From: Octopus sinensis
Taxonomy: Eukaryota
Length of the DNA stretch: 64,000 nt
Reading direction: 5' to 3'
Assembly: GCF_006345805.1 (NCBI RefSeq)
Contig: NC_043004.1
Location: forward strand, 88,350,001 to 88,414,000
Shown here: in pieces, positions 11,695 through 24,598 of the stretch
How the letters are laid out: each line of letters opens with the position of its first letter
Position numbering within the stretch: the first letter of the stretch is position 1
The notes under the pieces: model-generated
Databases searched by the model: none
Seen by the model: only the letters and a program-made list of their open reading frames with translations
Told to the model about the DNA's origin: nothing
Made by a program: the position numbers and the translations under genes

Positions 11695-12780
11695 AAGGCG
11701 GCGAGCTGGCGGAATCGTTTGCACGCCCGACAAAACGCTTGGAAGCATTTCGTCTACTTTTACGTCATGAGTTCAAATAATCCTTTCTACTACTATAGGC
11801 ACAAGGCCAGAAATTTTGGGGAGGGGAACTAGTCAATTACACTGGTACTTAATTTATCAACCCCGAAATTTGAACTCCGGCGTGACAACGATTCTGCCAA
11901 TTCGCCGCTTTCGTGAGTTCAAATAATGCCTCGATCTACTTAGGCATTCGTTCTTTAGGGGTCGATGAAATAAGCACATATTGAGTACAGAAGTCTATGT
12001 AATCGATGAGACCCCTCCCCTCCAAAATTTCAGACCTTGTACTTATAGCAGTAAGGGTTAATATTATTAGCGTTTGTCTTTACGTTCTGAGTTCAAATTC
12101 CATCGAGCTTGACTTTGCCTTTTATCCTTTCGTGGGTCGACAAATTAAGTACCAGTGTAACAATGGGGGCCGATGTAATCGACTAGTTCATTCTCGAGCC
12201 ACGCCTGGCTCATAAGGGCCAGTTTCCTGGTTTCCTTGAAGTATAGGTTCCTCACATGGACGGGACGCTGGTCCGTCGCAGGTGAGCTGCAAGATGCAGG
12301 AGGAAAGAGTGAGAGAAAGTTGTGGTGAAAGAGTCAGCAGAAGTTCGTCATTACCTTCTGCTGGAACCGCATGGAGCTTAGGTGTTTCGCTCATAAACAC
12401 ACACATCGCCCAGTCTGAGATTCGAACCCGCGATCCCTCGACCGTGAATCCGCTGCTCTAACCACTAGGCCATGTGCCACCACAATCAACTAGTCCTCCC
12501 CGCACCAATTAAAATTGCAAGCCTTGTGCTATAGTAGAAAGGATTATTAATTCCTATCGCAAGGCTGCGAGCTGGCAGAGTCGTTAGCACGCTGGACAAA
12601 AACCTTAGCGGCTTTTCGTCCATCTTTATGTTCTGCGTTCAAATTCCGCTGAGGTCGACTTTGCTTTTCATCCATTCGGGCTTTATAGAATAAATACCAG
12701 GTGAGTACTGGCGTCAATGTAATCAACTTCCCCCTCCGTTTAAAAACTGTTGTTCGTGTACCAAACTTTGGAACCGTTAT
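11695..12780. mobile_element. Cluster of family A SINE fragments in both orientations, interrupted by a family C copy
   Basis: Multiple ggcgagctggc heads, cores and ggccttgtgc tails. Confidence 0.8.
12188..12483 (-). mobile_element. SINE family C inserted into a family A copy
   Basis: Flanked by a probable 11-bp TSD, aatcgactagt (12177-12187) / aatcaactagt (12484-12494). Confidence 0.88.
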
Positions 12781-13317
12781 TAATTCATAGGACACGAGGC
12801 CGTGCTGACAGAATCATTATGTCGTTAGAAAGAACAACATAAGCATTTTGTGCGGCATGCAAATATATCTGCCGGGTCGCCAACTTAATACTCCAACTAA
12901 TAAAAGCAATAATGATAATAATCATAATAACTGCTAGTGAATCGCCTTCATCCGCCTGTCTGTCCACCCGACATCTGCATCAAACGCAATTAAGTGCTAA
13001 AATACTCTCACTAGCTGTTTTCCATTAAAAATATTGACAGGTCGTTTAGTTAGTTGAATACAAAGTAGAAATATTTGTTATAAGCTTATCTGTCCATATT
13101 GAAACTATATATATATATATAAGTATGTATGTACGTTCATAAATGTATGTGTGTGTGTCTGTCACTGTGTACATTGGAATTAATTTTATTTATTAATTCT
13201 TAAAGGATAAAGAAAAAAGTATTTTTATTCTATTAATGCATTTAATATATATTTAATATATTTTGACTCACGTACCTCCCATGTATTAACAGTAAGTGCC
13301 CACAAATTATAATAATG

Positions 13318-13370
<53 letters not shown>

Positions 13371-13439
13371 AATGATTATAATAATACAAAACAATAATAA
13401 CAATAACAACAGCCACAACAACAACAATAATAATAATAA

Positions 13440-13649
13440 TCGTTTCTACTATAGGTACAATGCTTGAAATTTGGGGGAGAGGACTAGACGATTACATCGA
13501 CCCAGTACTCAAATGGTACTTATTTCATCGACCCCGAAAGGACGAAGGCAAAATCGATCTCGGCAGAATTTGAACTCAGAACGTAGCAACGAGCGAAATG
13601 TCACTAAGCATTTTGTCCAGCGTGCTAACAATTCTGCCAGCTCGACTTA

Positions 13650-13701
<52 letters not shown>

Positions 13702-13885
13702 CCTTTCTACTGGAGGCATAAGGCCTGAAATTTCTGGGGAGGGGCAGTCGATTAGAACGACCCCAGTACGCAACTGGTGCATAATTTATCGACCTCGGGG
13801 GAATTTGAACTCGGAACGTAGCGATAGACGAAATACTGTGAAGCATTTCGCTCGGCGTGCTAACGATTCTGCCTGCTCGCCACCT
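13440..13885 (-). mobile_element. Two tandem family A SINEs embedded in (AAT)n tracts
   Basis: Copies at ~13440-13650 and ~13700-13885, each ending ...gtagaaagg/cg-(ATT)n on the SINE strand. Confidence 0.88.
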
Positions 13886-13917
13886 AATAATAATAATAAT
13901 GACAATAATAATAATAA

Positions 13918-15798
13918 TTACCCCTATAACAAGTGAAGAGGTCTCCCAGGCACAACAAAAATAACCGACTGGAAAGCACCCTACCAAGGTAAGATCCTCA
14001 ACTTCTGGTTAAAATATCTGACAGGAACACATAAAAAGCTGGCTGAGAAATTTAATGACTTACTAGCAAAGCCAGAGACAATGCCTGAATGGCTCACGGA
14101 AGGGAAAACTATCCTAATTCCCAAATCCACTGAAACAGCGAACCCACAAAATTACAGACCAATAACTTGTCTCCCTACAATTTACAAAGCCTTTACTGCA
14201 ATAATATCGCAGGGAATGAGCAAGCATCTGGAAGAAAACAACATGCTTCCAGAAGAGCAGAAGGGATGCTTCAGGGGTTCATACGGCTGTAAAGATCAAT
14301 TTATTATCAATAAAGCCATAACTGCAGAAAGAAGAAGGGTCTAAGTATAGCCTGGATCGATTACCGAAAGGCTTTTGATAGTATTCCCTACACATGGATC
14401 CTAAAAACACTAATCATGAATAAGGTAGCACCAATAATCATAAAATATATAACACATTCCACTAATGAATGGCAGACAGTGGTACAGCTCCAAACAAAAG
14501 AGAGACTGATAAAACCAAAGCCATCCCCATTAGAAGAGGAATATTCCATGCAGACACGCTCTCTCCACCCCTTTTCTGCTAGGCACTGACCCTTTATCTG
14601 ACATGCTAAACAGAACTGGATGCAGATACAGCTGTTACGGCAAAACAATCAGCCACCTCTTATATATGGATAACCTAAAACTGTACGCTACAAATGATAA
14701 ATAACTAGAAACATTACTTCAGATAATACATGGATTTACCAAAGAAATAAATATGAAATTTGACTTAGAAAAGTGTGCCAAAGCAACCTTGAAAAGAGGA
14801 AAACTAGTTAAGAGTAGCAACATCATACAAGATAAAGCAAAGGAAATAAGAGAATTAGACCAAAGCCAGATACAAGAAGTCATACTACCTAACTATGAAG
14901 GAAAAGAAGAAACGACAAAAGCTGTAAAACAAATTAAATCCAAACTAAAACTAGAACAGCAACGGATCATGATAACACGGTGGCAAGAAAAGCCCCTTCA
15001 TGGCAAATATTGGGCTAAACCAAACACAAAAGAAATAGACAAAGCAAAATTCCAACAATGGCTGAGAAGCTCAGGACTCAAAGTCTCCCCACCAGAAATT
15101 ACTAAAAACATATAATGAAAAGAAACATAGCAGGTAACTGCAGAATATGTGGAGATGGACAAGAAACAATCAATCATATTGTCTCTAGCTGCCCAGTCCT
15201 GGTTCAGAAGGAATATATTCACAGACACGACAGAGTTGGGATCTACATACACTGGAAGTTATGCCATCACTGTGGAATAACAACAGAAAAAAGATGGTTT
15301 AGACACACACCAAAAACGGTCACAGAAAATGAGAAAGCAACAATACTATGGGATATGCCAACTCACAGAGAAATTAAGGCCAATATGCCAGACATAGTCG
15401 TCAGAGATCACGAAGAAAAACTGCTTTTTAATTGATGTATCAACACCAAAAGATGGCAACGTTTCTCTAAAAGAAATGGAGAAACTATCAAAATACAAAG
15501 ACCTGGAAACAGAGGTAACTCGATCTTGGAATCTAAAAATAGAAACAATTCTTATCATAGTGGGCGCATTAGGTATGATAAAAAAATATTCAGACAAATA
15601 CATAACAAAAACACTAGGACTAACAGATATATATATAGCATACAGAAAATAGCACTGCTAAGCACCGCACAGATACTACGTAAATCACTTTCAATACAAT
15701 AACTATAAGAGCATCACAACAAACTACAGCTCATACCCAAGGTACACAGAGTTGCGCTCGGTATTGCAGTAAAAATACATGATAAAAATAAGAGTACA
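13918..15798 (+). mobile_element. R4/Dong-like RLE non-LTR retrotransposon; 5'-truncated, internally deleted, frameshifted
   Basis: RT motifs MPEWLTEGKTILIPK...NYRPITCLPTIYK...EEQKGC and HLLYMDNLKLYA; CCHC knuckle CRICGDGQETINHIVSSC; RHD; PDIVV..LIDV RLE motifs; 3' UTR ends in taataat. Confidence 0.92.
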
Positions 15799-15834
15799 TA
15801 ATAATGATAATATCTTTGATTATGGTAATGATAA

Positions 15835-16270
15835 AGGGTACACACCACCCACTAAGGCAGCAAAAAGGTGTAAGACAAAAAGCCAAACAGGTAAGCTTGA
15901 AAGAATGTCGAAACAATAGCAAGAAAAAAAGCCATTGTATGGGCAATGCCCCAAACGAGCTGGGGAACCTGAGGTTGATATGAGAAGAACCCATCAATGG
16001 CTGTGGACCACTGGTTTGAAAATTGAAATAGGATTTACCATAGATGCAGACGATCAGAGTTTTCTAACCCTTAAGCATCAAGCTAATGTCACGCACAATG
16101 AAAAAGACCCAAATTGTAGACTCTGCCATGACAGAATTGAAAGCATTGACCACATTGTTGCCAGTTGCTTAGTTCTTGTGTCTACAAAACCAAGCATACA
16201 AAAACCAGGCATGATCGAGTTGGCCAATATTTGCACTGGAGATTGTCATCACTACGATATCTATTGCCGA
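15835..16270 (+). mobile_element. Second, divergent R4/Dong-like fragment (pre-RLE and zinc knuckle)
   Basis: YGQCPKRAGEPEVDMRRTHQWLWTTGLK...DQSFLT...DPNCRLCHDRIESIDHIVASC. Confidence 0.85.
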
Positions 16271-16274
16271 ACCA

Positions 16275-16958
16275 CTTACATACATTGACGTAAACAAACC
16301 TACACCGGTTGTCAAAAAGTGGTGGTGGAAAACACAGACACAAACACACACACAGACACAGACATACACACAGACAGACACACACACACACACACATATA
16401 TATATGAGGTCTCCTTTCAGTTTCCTTCCACCGAATCCACTCATAACTTCGGTTGGACCGAGGCTATAGGAGAAGACATTTGCCAAAGGTTCCGTGCAGT
16501 GGGACTGAACACAGAAACATGTAGTTGGGTAGCAAACTTCTTATGTCTTTATTGCCCACAAGGGGCTAAACATAGACGGGATAAATAAGTGCGTAACTGG
16601 TACTTAATTAATCGACCCCGAAAGGATAAAAGGCAAAGTCGATATCGGCGGAATTTGAACACAGAACGTAACGGCAGACGAAATACCTATTTGTTTACTA
16701 CCCACAAGGGGCTAAACACAGAGAGGACAAACGAGGACAGACAAACGGATTAGGTCGATTATATCGACCCCAGTGCGTAACTGGTACTTAATTTATCGAC
16801 CCCGAAAGGATGAAAGGCAAAGTCGACATCGGCGGAATTTGAACTCAGAACGTAACGGCAGACGAAATACCACTAAGCATTTCGCCCGGCGTGCTAACGA
16901 TTCTGCCAGCTCGCTATCTCGAAGTATTGGCCAAACTTCTTACCACACAGCCACGCCT
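16275..16958 (-). mobile_element. SINE family B interrupted in its head by a family A dimer
   Basis: The B head resumes at ~16932 after the insertion. Confidence 0.85.
16544..16931 (-). mobile_element. Family A SINE dimer
   Basis: Full copy ~16688-16915 joined to a 5'-truncated copy; probable TSD caaacttctta at 16533-16543 and 16932-16942. Confidence 0.88.
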
Positions 16959-17539
16959 CGGATGCTCTATATCTGAGACTCGTTGAGCTTGTAATGCAAA
17001 AAACGTAAATAGCTTAGTCACACTGAAGAAATATCTTACACCAAATACTTCAGCCAGTTTCTGGATGTTAAGTACTTTAACTTCTACCTCCGCCCCTCCC
17101 CACCAATTGTCATTGGTTTGAGGAGAACTGTCTACCGTGCAGTCACCAGTCAAGGAGACCAAGAAGGGTTAATGGCAATTGCTATTTTTCATCTAACGAA
17201 ACCATAAGAAAAATATCAGCTGATGTCTAACGGTGGCAGTTAAGGCCTACTTGTAGATGCACGATCAATCTTACGACTGTTCCGTATCGGATGAACGACA
17301 TCTTCAAACAAATTGGTGAATAAAGTCTAATGTATGTAGTGCCTACATTCTTTCCTTTGATTCAACGCACACACCCATACGTAAATATAGAGTTGCATAC
17401 ATGCATACATGTATATTTTTAGATGCATGCATATATATATTTACATCCACACACACACACACTCAAACACATACGTGAACTACAACACTACTACTGCATA
17501 AACAGATATTCGCACACAATCACTCACAGTGACACACAA

Positions 17540-17576
<37 letters not shown>

Positions 17577-17751
17577 ATATATATAGATATATATATATAT
17601 ATTCTGTGATCCTTCAATTAACATTTGTTTATAAAAAGTAAACACAAAAGTAATCATTAACATTTCTCCCTCTGTCTGTCTATCCATTTATTTACCTATC
17701 TATTTATCTATCTATCTATCTATCTTCTATCTATCTATCTATCTATCTCTA

Positions 17752-17798
<47 letters not shown>

Positions 17799-17903
17799 TA
17801 TATATATTATATACATACATATTTATGTATATATACATATATATTATATATGTGTACATATATATATGTATGCATATATACATATCTATGTATCTCTCTC
17901 TCT

Positions 17904-17969
<66 letters not shown>

Positions 17970-18146
17970 TATATACGTATATATTTTATATGTGTACTTA
18001 TAGAATGGTCTATGTATATACATTTATCATATTGCTAGAACAATTAATATAAGAAAGAGAAAGCTGAATTAATCATCCTCTATCTATCTATCTATCTATA
18101 TATCTATCTATCTATCTATCTATATATATCTATCTATCTATCTATA

Positions 18147-18202
<56 letters not shown>

Positions 18203-18205
<3 letters not shown>

Positions 18206-18405
18206 ATAAACGCAGACTGTGCGTATGACATTAAGAAAATTAAAGCGTCGGTATGATTCCGAGGGGAGAAAAATCGTAAGATGGAAACGCGTCAAATATA
18301 TGCAAGCGACGGCTCTATAATCACAGCAAAGTGCCGACGCTTTTATTTCTTAATTCTTTTGCATTTTCTAAGGATATAAAAGAGGAAAGAAAGAAAACGC
18401 AAAAA
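18203..18405 (+). mobile_element. ~200 bp pLTR-like unit, near-identical to the inverted copy at 32493-32695
   Basis: I counted only two substitutions between the copies; contains GAAACGCGTC (18284-18293). Confidence 0.75.
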
Positions 18406-18912
18406 TTCCTTCGTTCGATGCGCCATTTTATTGTATTAATGTATTGTGACGAACACGTACAGAGACAACATCAAAAATAGCTTTGACAGACACGTGCATA
18501 CACACATATGTAGATGTACATGCATAAACATGAATATACACAAATACATGAACATACACAAACATGCATTATATTATTTATAAATACATAAATATTCTTA
18601 TGAATATATTTAATCTTGTTTTCTATTGTGTTCATCAAAAGGTTTCATCCTTTTGTCCGTAGGCATACATGAGAGCTGTCACTATGTGTGTGCGTGTATT
18701 CATGGAGATAGGTGCATATCTATATGATATGTGTGTATGTGTTTGTGTGCGTATGTGTGTGCCTACCAAGCCATATAGATACACATACATGTGTGTATGG
18801 GCACGTGTGTGTATGCGTGTATCGGCGCGTGTGTGCGTATATGTGTGTGTGCGTGCGTGTGTGTGTCTATGTGTCTGTGTGTATGTATGTGCCAAGCTAT
18901 ATACAAGCGCAA

Positions 18913-19009
<97 letters not shown>

Positions 19010-19224
19010 GTATGTGTGCACGTGCATGTGTGGTGTTTGTATATGTGTGTCTGTGTGTATGCGAACGTACGAAGTTATATTCATACACAAACACATATGT
19101 GTGTATGTATGCTTCGCGCGCCTGTGGTTTATTTGTGTGTGTATGTATTTATAAATATGTTTACGTCTGTATCGGCGAATGTGAATTAGCGTGGAGTGTG
19201 CGAGCGGAAGATTGCTACATAGAG

Positions 19225-19296
19225 GTAGATGAAATCGAATAGTCGACATGTTGGCTTCGGACTCCGAGGTGCTTGGTTCGAGTCCAACATCTGGCA
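19225..19296 (+). pseudogene. tRNA-like fragment (decayed tRNA or SINE head)
   Basis: Perfect B box GGTTCGAGTCC (19275-19285) in a 4-bp T arm (TTGG/CCAA), preceded by a CTTCGGA loop; no convincing D arm or acceptor stem. Confidence 0.35.
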
Positions 19297-19427
19297 GAAT
19301 CAAAGTTGAGATGCATTTTGACGTTGCATACATACATGCACACATTCACATACACACACGCACACACATATACGAAGTTACATACATATATATATGTATA
19401 TTTATATATATGTATATGTTTGTATAT

Positions 19428-19648
19428 CTCTTTATTCTTTTACTTGTTTCAGTCATGTGACTGTGGCCATGCTGGAGCACCACCTTTAGTCGAGCAAATC
19501 AATCCCAGGACTTATTCTTTGGAAGCTTAGTACTTATTCTAACGGTGTCTTTTGCCGGGGACGGAAACACACCAACATCGGTTGTTTAGCGATGTTGGGG
19601 AGACAAACACAGACACACAAACTTATACACATACATATATATATATAT

Positions 19649-19721
<73 letters not shown>

Positions 19722-19876
19722 TTTATACATACGACGGGCTTCTTTCAGTTTCCGTCAACCAAATCCACTCACAAGGCTTTGGTCGGCCCGAGGTTATAGT
19801 AGAAGACACTTGCCCAAGGTGCCACGGAACCATGTGGTTGGTAAGCAAGCTACTTACCACACAGCCACTCCTATGC
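19428..19876 (-). mobile_element. SINE family B, near full length
   Basis: Head, internal (TA)n(TG)n and tail all present; small deletions. Confidence 0.92.
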
Positions 19877-19936
19877 CTATATATATGTATATGTATATAT
19901 AAATATACATATATATATAAATATATATAAATAAAC

Positions 19937-19968
<32 letters not shown>

Positions 19969-19979
19969 ATGTATATGAA

Positions 19980-20915
19980 TTCTGTTGTGTCTGGGGAGAG
20001 TCATTTTCTTTTTGTGCCTTATTATTTAACACACTCACCGGTAAAATTTCAACCTTCCCAATACTAAATAGGAAATATACACAATAAATACCATACCTCC
20101 ATACCCACAGTTTACACAGGTGAAGTAGAATAGTTAGTGGACTGTTAGGTAGATAAATATATGTATGTATGTGAGTGTGAGTGCGTGTGTGTGTACCTTT
20201 TTTATTTTCATTTTTATTTTATTTTATCTATTTATTTTTTCTGTATGTAACCATATAGATATGTAAGTAAACAGATCAATATACAGACGGATAGGTATAT
20301 AGACTATATGAACATACACATATGGAGACACAAATCCACACATATAAAGATGCACACCCATACATACAAGCATGGTGCATTGTTGCATAACACACACACA
20401 CACACACACATGCAGACATGCACACACAAGGAGACAGAGGTGCATATATATACAAACACATGCTCACACACACATACATAGAAAATACACAAACACGGAC
20501 AGGCAAGCACATAAATATACAGGATACGTACATAAAGATGCACACACATACATACATTTATACATATGCATACATACACATATATACATACATACACACG
20601 CAAAAACACACACACGTACATACGTACATGCATGCATGCATAGGCACGCACACACACTGACCCACACACATGCGCACAAACAAACAAAAGAGAACGCAGT
20701 GTAAATAACGGACAGAGTCAAAACTATTGAAAAGGTTGCAAGTCGCAACGAAAATTTTAGGAAAATAAAATTAAGAAATAAAGTGGAAATTTTACCGGTG
20801 AGTGTGTTAAATAGTAAGGCACAAAAAGAAAATGACTCTCCCCAGACACAACAGAATATGCTTCAACACACGAACTCATATAAAGAATCTTGCAAACCGA
20901 ATCCAAAAACGAAAT
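19980..20915. mobile_element. pLTR-type unit at 20705-20915 (+) with a partial inverted copy at 19980-20055 (-)
   Basis: gtctggggagagtcattttc...caccggtaaaattt is the reverse complement of ~20785-20850; same family as 38688-39015. Confidence 0.75.
20724..20760 (+). ncRNA. Minimal type I hammerhead motif, U3:A8 core variant (second family)
   Basis: CTA-TTGAAAA-G-GTTGC(aagtc)GCAAC-GAAAA-TTT-TAG: stem I CTA/TAG, 5-bp stem II, palindromic AATT stem III. Confidence 0.65.
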
Positions 20916-21305
20916 ATATATATATATACAGTTGCGGCCAAAATGTTCAGAACAGCATTGTTTTCGTCAGAAAAGTAGGTATAAGTTTTTATCAAAGTTG
21001 TTTTATATTCTATAATTTTCACAGACAATAGTTACGATATTATTTGTTATTGTCTGAGATTTTGGTGTAATTTGAGAGGATAATACAAAAACTATGGATG
21101 ATTTAGTGATTTACTACACACCTTCCTTCCAATCAGTGCTGTGAACAGTGGAAGTGAGCTAGAACGTTAAAACTTTGTGCGCATACACGCGGATACTTAT
21201 TGAGACCGCGTGTTTATATATATATATATATATACATACATTCGCCATGATAGATTGCTAGCCACTACACATTCTTTATTTTCTCTCCTTGTTTCTTTCT
21301 GTGTT

Positions 21306-21343
21306 CTTTTCTGTGGAAGAGCGTAGGCTCGAAACGTTAAAGA
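21306..21343 (+). ncRNA. Hammerhead-like motif (A6U core variant) in a pLTR-type unit (~21230-21385)
   Basis: TTTT-CTGTGGA-A-GAGC(gtag)GCTC-GAAAC-GTT-AAAG; same family as 61862-61899. Confidence 0.5.
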
Positions 21344-21384
21344 CTTTTTGACTTCCGATCGTTATACTAATACATGTTTGTTGT

Positions 21385-21608
21385 CTAACAGCTCTCCCTT
21401 CCCCACACCACTGATGTTATCCAAGGGAAAGGCAAAGGCCGATACAGCTTGGTACCAGTGATGTTGCAACTCATTCTACAGTTGAGTAAACTGAGCAGCG
21501 TGAAATGAAGTGTTTTGCTCAAGAACACAACACGCAGCCCGGTCCGGGATTCGAACTCACAACCTCGCGATCGTAAGCTCGACGTTCTAACCACTGAGCC
21601 ATGCACCT
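21385..21608 (-). mobile_element. SINE family D (tRNA-like head, CORE-like centre)
   Basis: tggctcagtggttagaacgtcgagc...gagttcgaatcccgg...gttcttgagcaaaacactt; homologous to 55473-55804. Confidence 0.88.
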
Positions 21609-21674
21609 TGACACTATATATATGTGTGTGTGTGTAAATATATATACATGTGTGTGTATGAGTGTGTGTGAGTT

Positions 21675-21716
<42 letters not shown>

Positions 21717-21741
21717 ATATACATACATACATATATATATA

Positions 21742-21772
<31 letters not shown>

Positions 21773-21907
21773 CATACATACACACACATACATACATACA
21801 TACATATATACACACACATACATACAAACACACAGATATATATATATATAAGCAATTGCATTGATAAGTATCAGGTGCCTGGATGATGTTACATATAAAA
21901 ATAGGAC

Positions 21908-21954
<47 letters not shown>

Positions 21955-22321
21955 GAGAGGAGAGAGGCTGATAGAGAGACAGGTACAGCGATAGAGACAC
22001 ATAAACGGAGAGAGTGAGAGAGAGAGAGAGAATATGGAAACAAGACAGGCGAGTGGTAAGACTGATATGTAGACTCATCAAGCAACTATTCATACATCAC
22101 TCATCCAGAGCCATACAAAAAGAAACAGACATACAGACAGACGAACCGACAGACTGACGGATAGATGGATAGACAGACAGACAGACCAACAAGCGGATAA
22201 ATAGATAAAGGAGGAGTCAATGAATAGGTTGTTAGATATGTGAATTCATTGCATTTGAAGTATGTCTATAATGGAAAAACATGTGAACATCACGGATTAT
22301 CGGGGATTTTTTTATGAAGGA

Positions 22322-22360
<39 letters not shown>

Positions 22361-24082
22361 ACACACACACATACACACACATACAGACACACACACACAC
22401 ACGCGCGCACACATACACACATAAACACACACAGACACACGCACACGCACACATATGTATACATGTGCATATGAATATGTGTTTTGTTGTGTGTATGTAT
22501 TTATGTAAGTGTGTGTAACATGTGTATGTAAATATATATATATATACACACACACAGACGCACCTGAGAAGAGAAAGAAGGAGACAACAAACAGCAGGAT
22601 CGTGATGACGACAATGACACAGAATCTGCTGATATTGCTATTGCCGTATGGAGGCGGTGGTGGCGGCGATGCTGCTGCTGCTGCTGTTGGTGTTGGATGT
22701 GGTGGTGGTGGTGGATGTGGTGGTAGTAGTGGTCGTGGGAGTGTCTTTCTTCTTGCTGCAAATGACGATGATGATGATGACGACGACGACGACGCTGACG
22801 ACGATGATGGTGATTATGATGATAATGTTGATGATGATGAGGAGGAGGAGGAAGTGGAGGGGGATGTTGATGATGATGATGATGACAATGATGATACTGT
22901 TGTTTAACATCAACTGTACTCTGATCAAGTATATGCATGACCAGAGGCGTTCCAATCGTGACCTTGTCTTCATCTTCTCTGTATATGTCTTGAAACTGCA
23001 CAGACCAATGAGATGTTCTTCATACGGTATTGTCTCTGACTGCATACATATTTCTTATTGGCTCATGTTGAATACTTTGATGATTACGACAATCTTCATG
23101 ATGATGATGATGATGATGATGGTTATATACATAAGTATGCGTGTGTATATGTATTTATGTATGTATATGAGTATGTACTGATGTGTATGGGTATGCTTGT
23201 ATTGTATATCTTACTGTGAATAAAACCAAGGTGTGTTGCGTTCCGTTAATTAATAAGTTAAAAAATGTATATAAAATGCGGAAACGGAAAACAGACACAG
23301 AATGGCAAATTAAAAAAAAAACATAGTAAATGCACAGACGATTGGAAAACAGATACAGAAGGTCCCCGCTTCCTTACCATTTATCAGCCAGTGGGTCTTA
23401 TGCAATTTCGTGCCATAAACGATAATATTACCTTCTAGCTGGTGGCACCTACAAAAGCTGCAGGGGTATGAGACCGAGAATAGAAAACTAAACATGGATA
23501 ACAAGCGATATAAAAGTGGACATAGGAAAATGAATAAATGTAATTCAAGACGAGACCGTTAGTGGACGGACGAAGGACAAAGCGAAATAAAAACGAAACA
23601 TAATGTAGCCTTAAAGCTAAATGAAGACGAAGTATGGGTAACGCTCAGAGGAAAATCCTAAAAGATTGGAAACAGGTTGGCAACAGATAGCGATACAGGT
23701 TGAAGTGGAGATATGAGAATTTACGACTCGTTGCTTCAACGACCGGTGTAAAAAAGAGAAAGAGCAAAACAGGCCGACTACGGGTCACATGTCAGTAACA
23801 GGCAGAGGGAAGAGGAGAAAGAGAGCACAAGTCAATCACTGGTACAAATACATACCATATTGATTTCTTCTAACCAACTAAGAAATGTCGAAATGAAAAA
23901 AGGGAAGATTGAAAACACGATCCTAGAAGCCAAGTATGAGCGTCATATAAAATGCTTAACGGTATTTCTTTTGGATCTTTACCCTCTAAGTTCAAATTCC
24001 AATGTGATCGACTTTGCCTTCTATCCTTTCGGGTTTCATACAATAAGTACCAGTTGAGGAATGAAATATCATTTTTATTATT

Positions 24083-24328
24083 GAGTGAGAGAGCAGTGCA
24101 TGCCATCAAATTCACTGGGGTAAAATATACGAAGCCCAGTATACCCATCATAACTACCCGTCTGATAAGGGTACATCAGGCACATGCATCACAGCCATAT
24201 GTGCGCGATATGGTGATCGCATATCAAGATAAACATGACCTTGCAGGGGAGGGGGCCCAGTTAGAATTTTATTCAGGTCGAGTAGCCCGTCCTGCTCAAA
24301 CGGTTCCTAAATAAGGTTTGTTTAAGAA
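24083..24328 (-). mobile_element. 5'-truncated copy of the (TAA)n-associated ~550 bp element
   Basis: Homologous to 51334-~51580 and shares its 3' end ...gcatgcactgctctctc(actc)aataat. Confidence 0.85.
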
Positions 24329-24598
24329 TGTTGAACAAATCATATATATATATAGTGAGTTAAATTTTGCTTGTCCTTTGATTTTCAACAGCCTATTGTA
24401 TTTTTGTATTTTCAATGAAATAGTGGCTTATTTGAGTATTTCTCGGCTTCTATTTCTAGCTACGCTGGTACTTCGTGTACCCTCAATTATAATTAATAAT
24501 GAATTATAAATTTATAAATTTGTCTTTTTGGCTTCAAAGCTTACTGGCCATTTATATTATTGTGGTTATTATTGTCAATAATATCTTTATATATATCG

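Noticed and set aside
22509-22907. Gly/Ala/Asp/Glu-rich ORF resembling a transcription-factor low-complexity region
   Set aside because: Compound trinucleotide microsatellite, open in several frames on both strands, with no domain.
23290-23850. Possible RTE-type LINE 3' remnant
   Set aside because: Too eroded; only a vague W...W spacing supports it.
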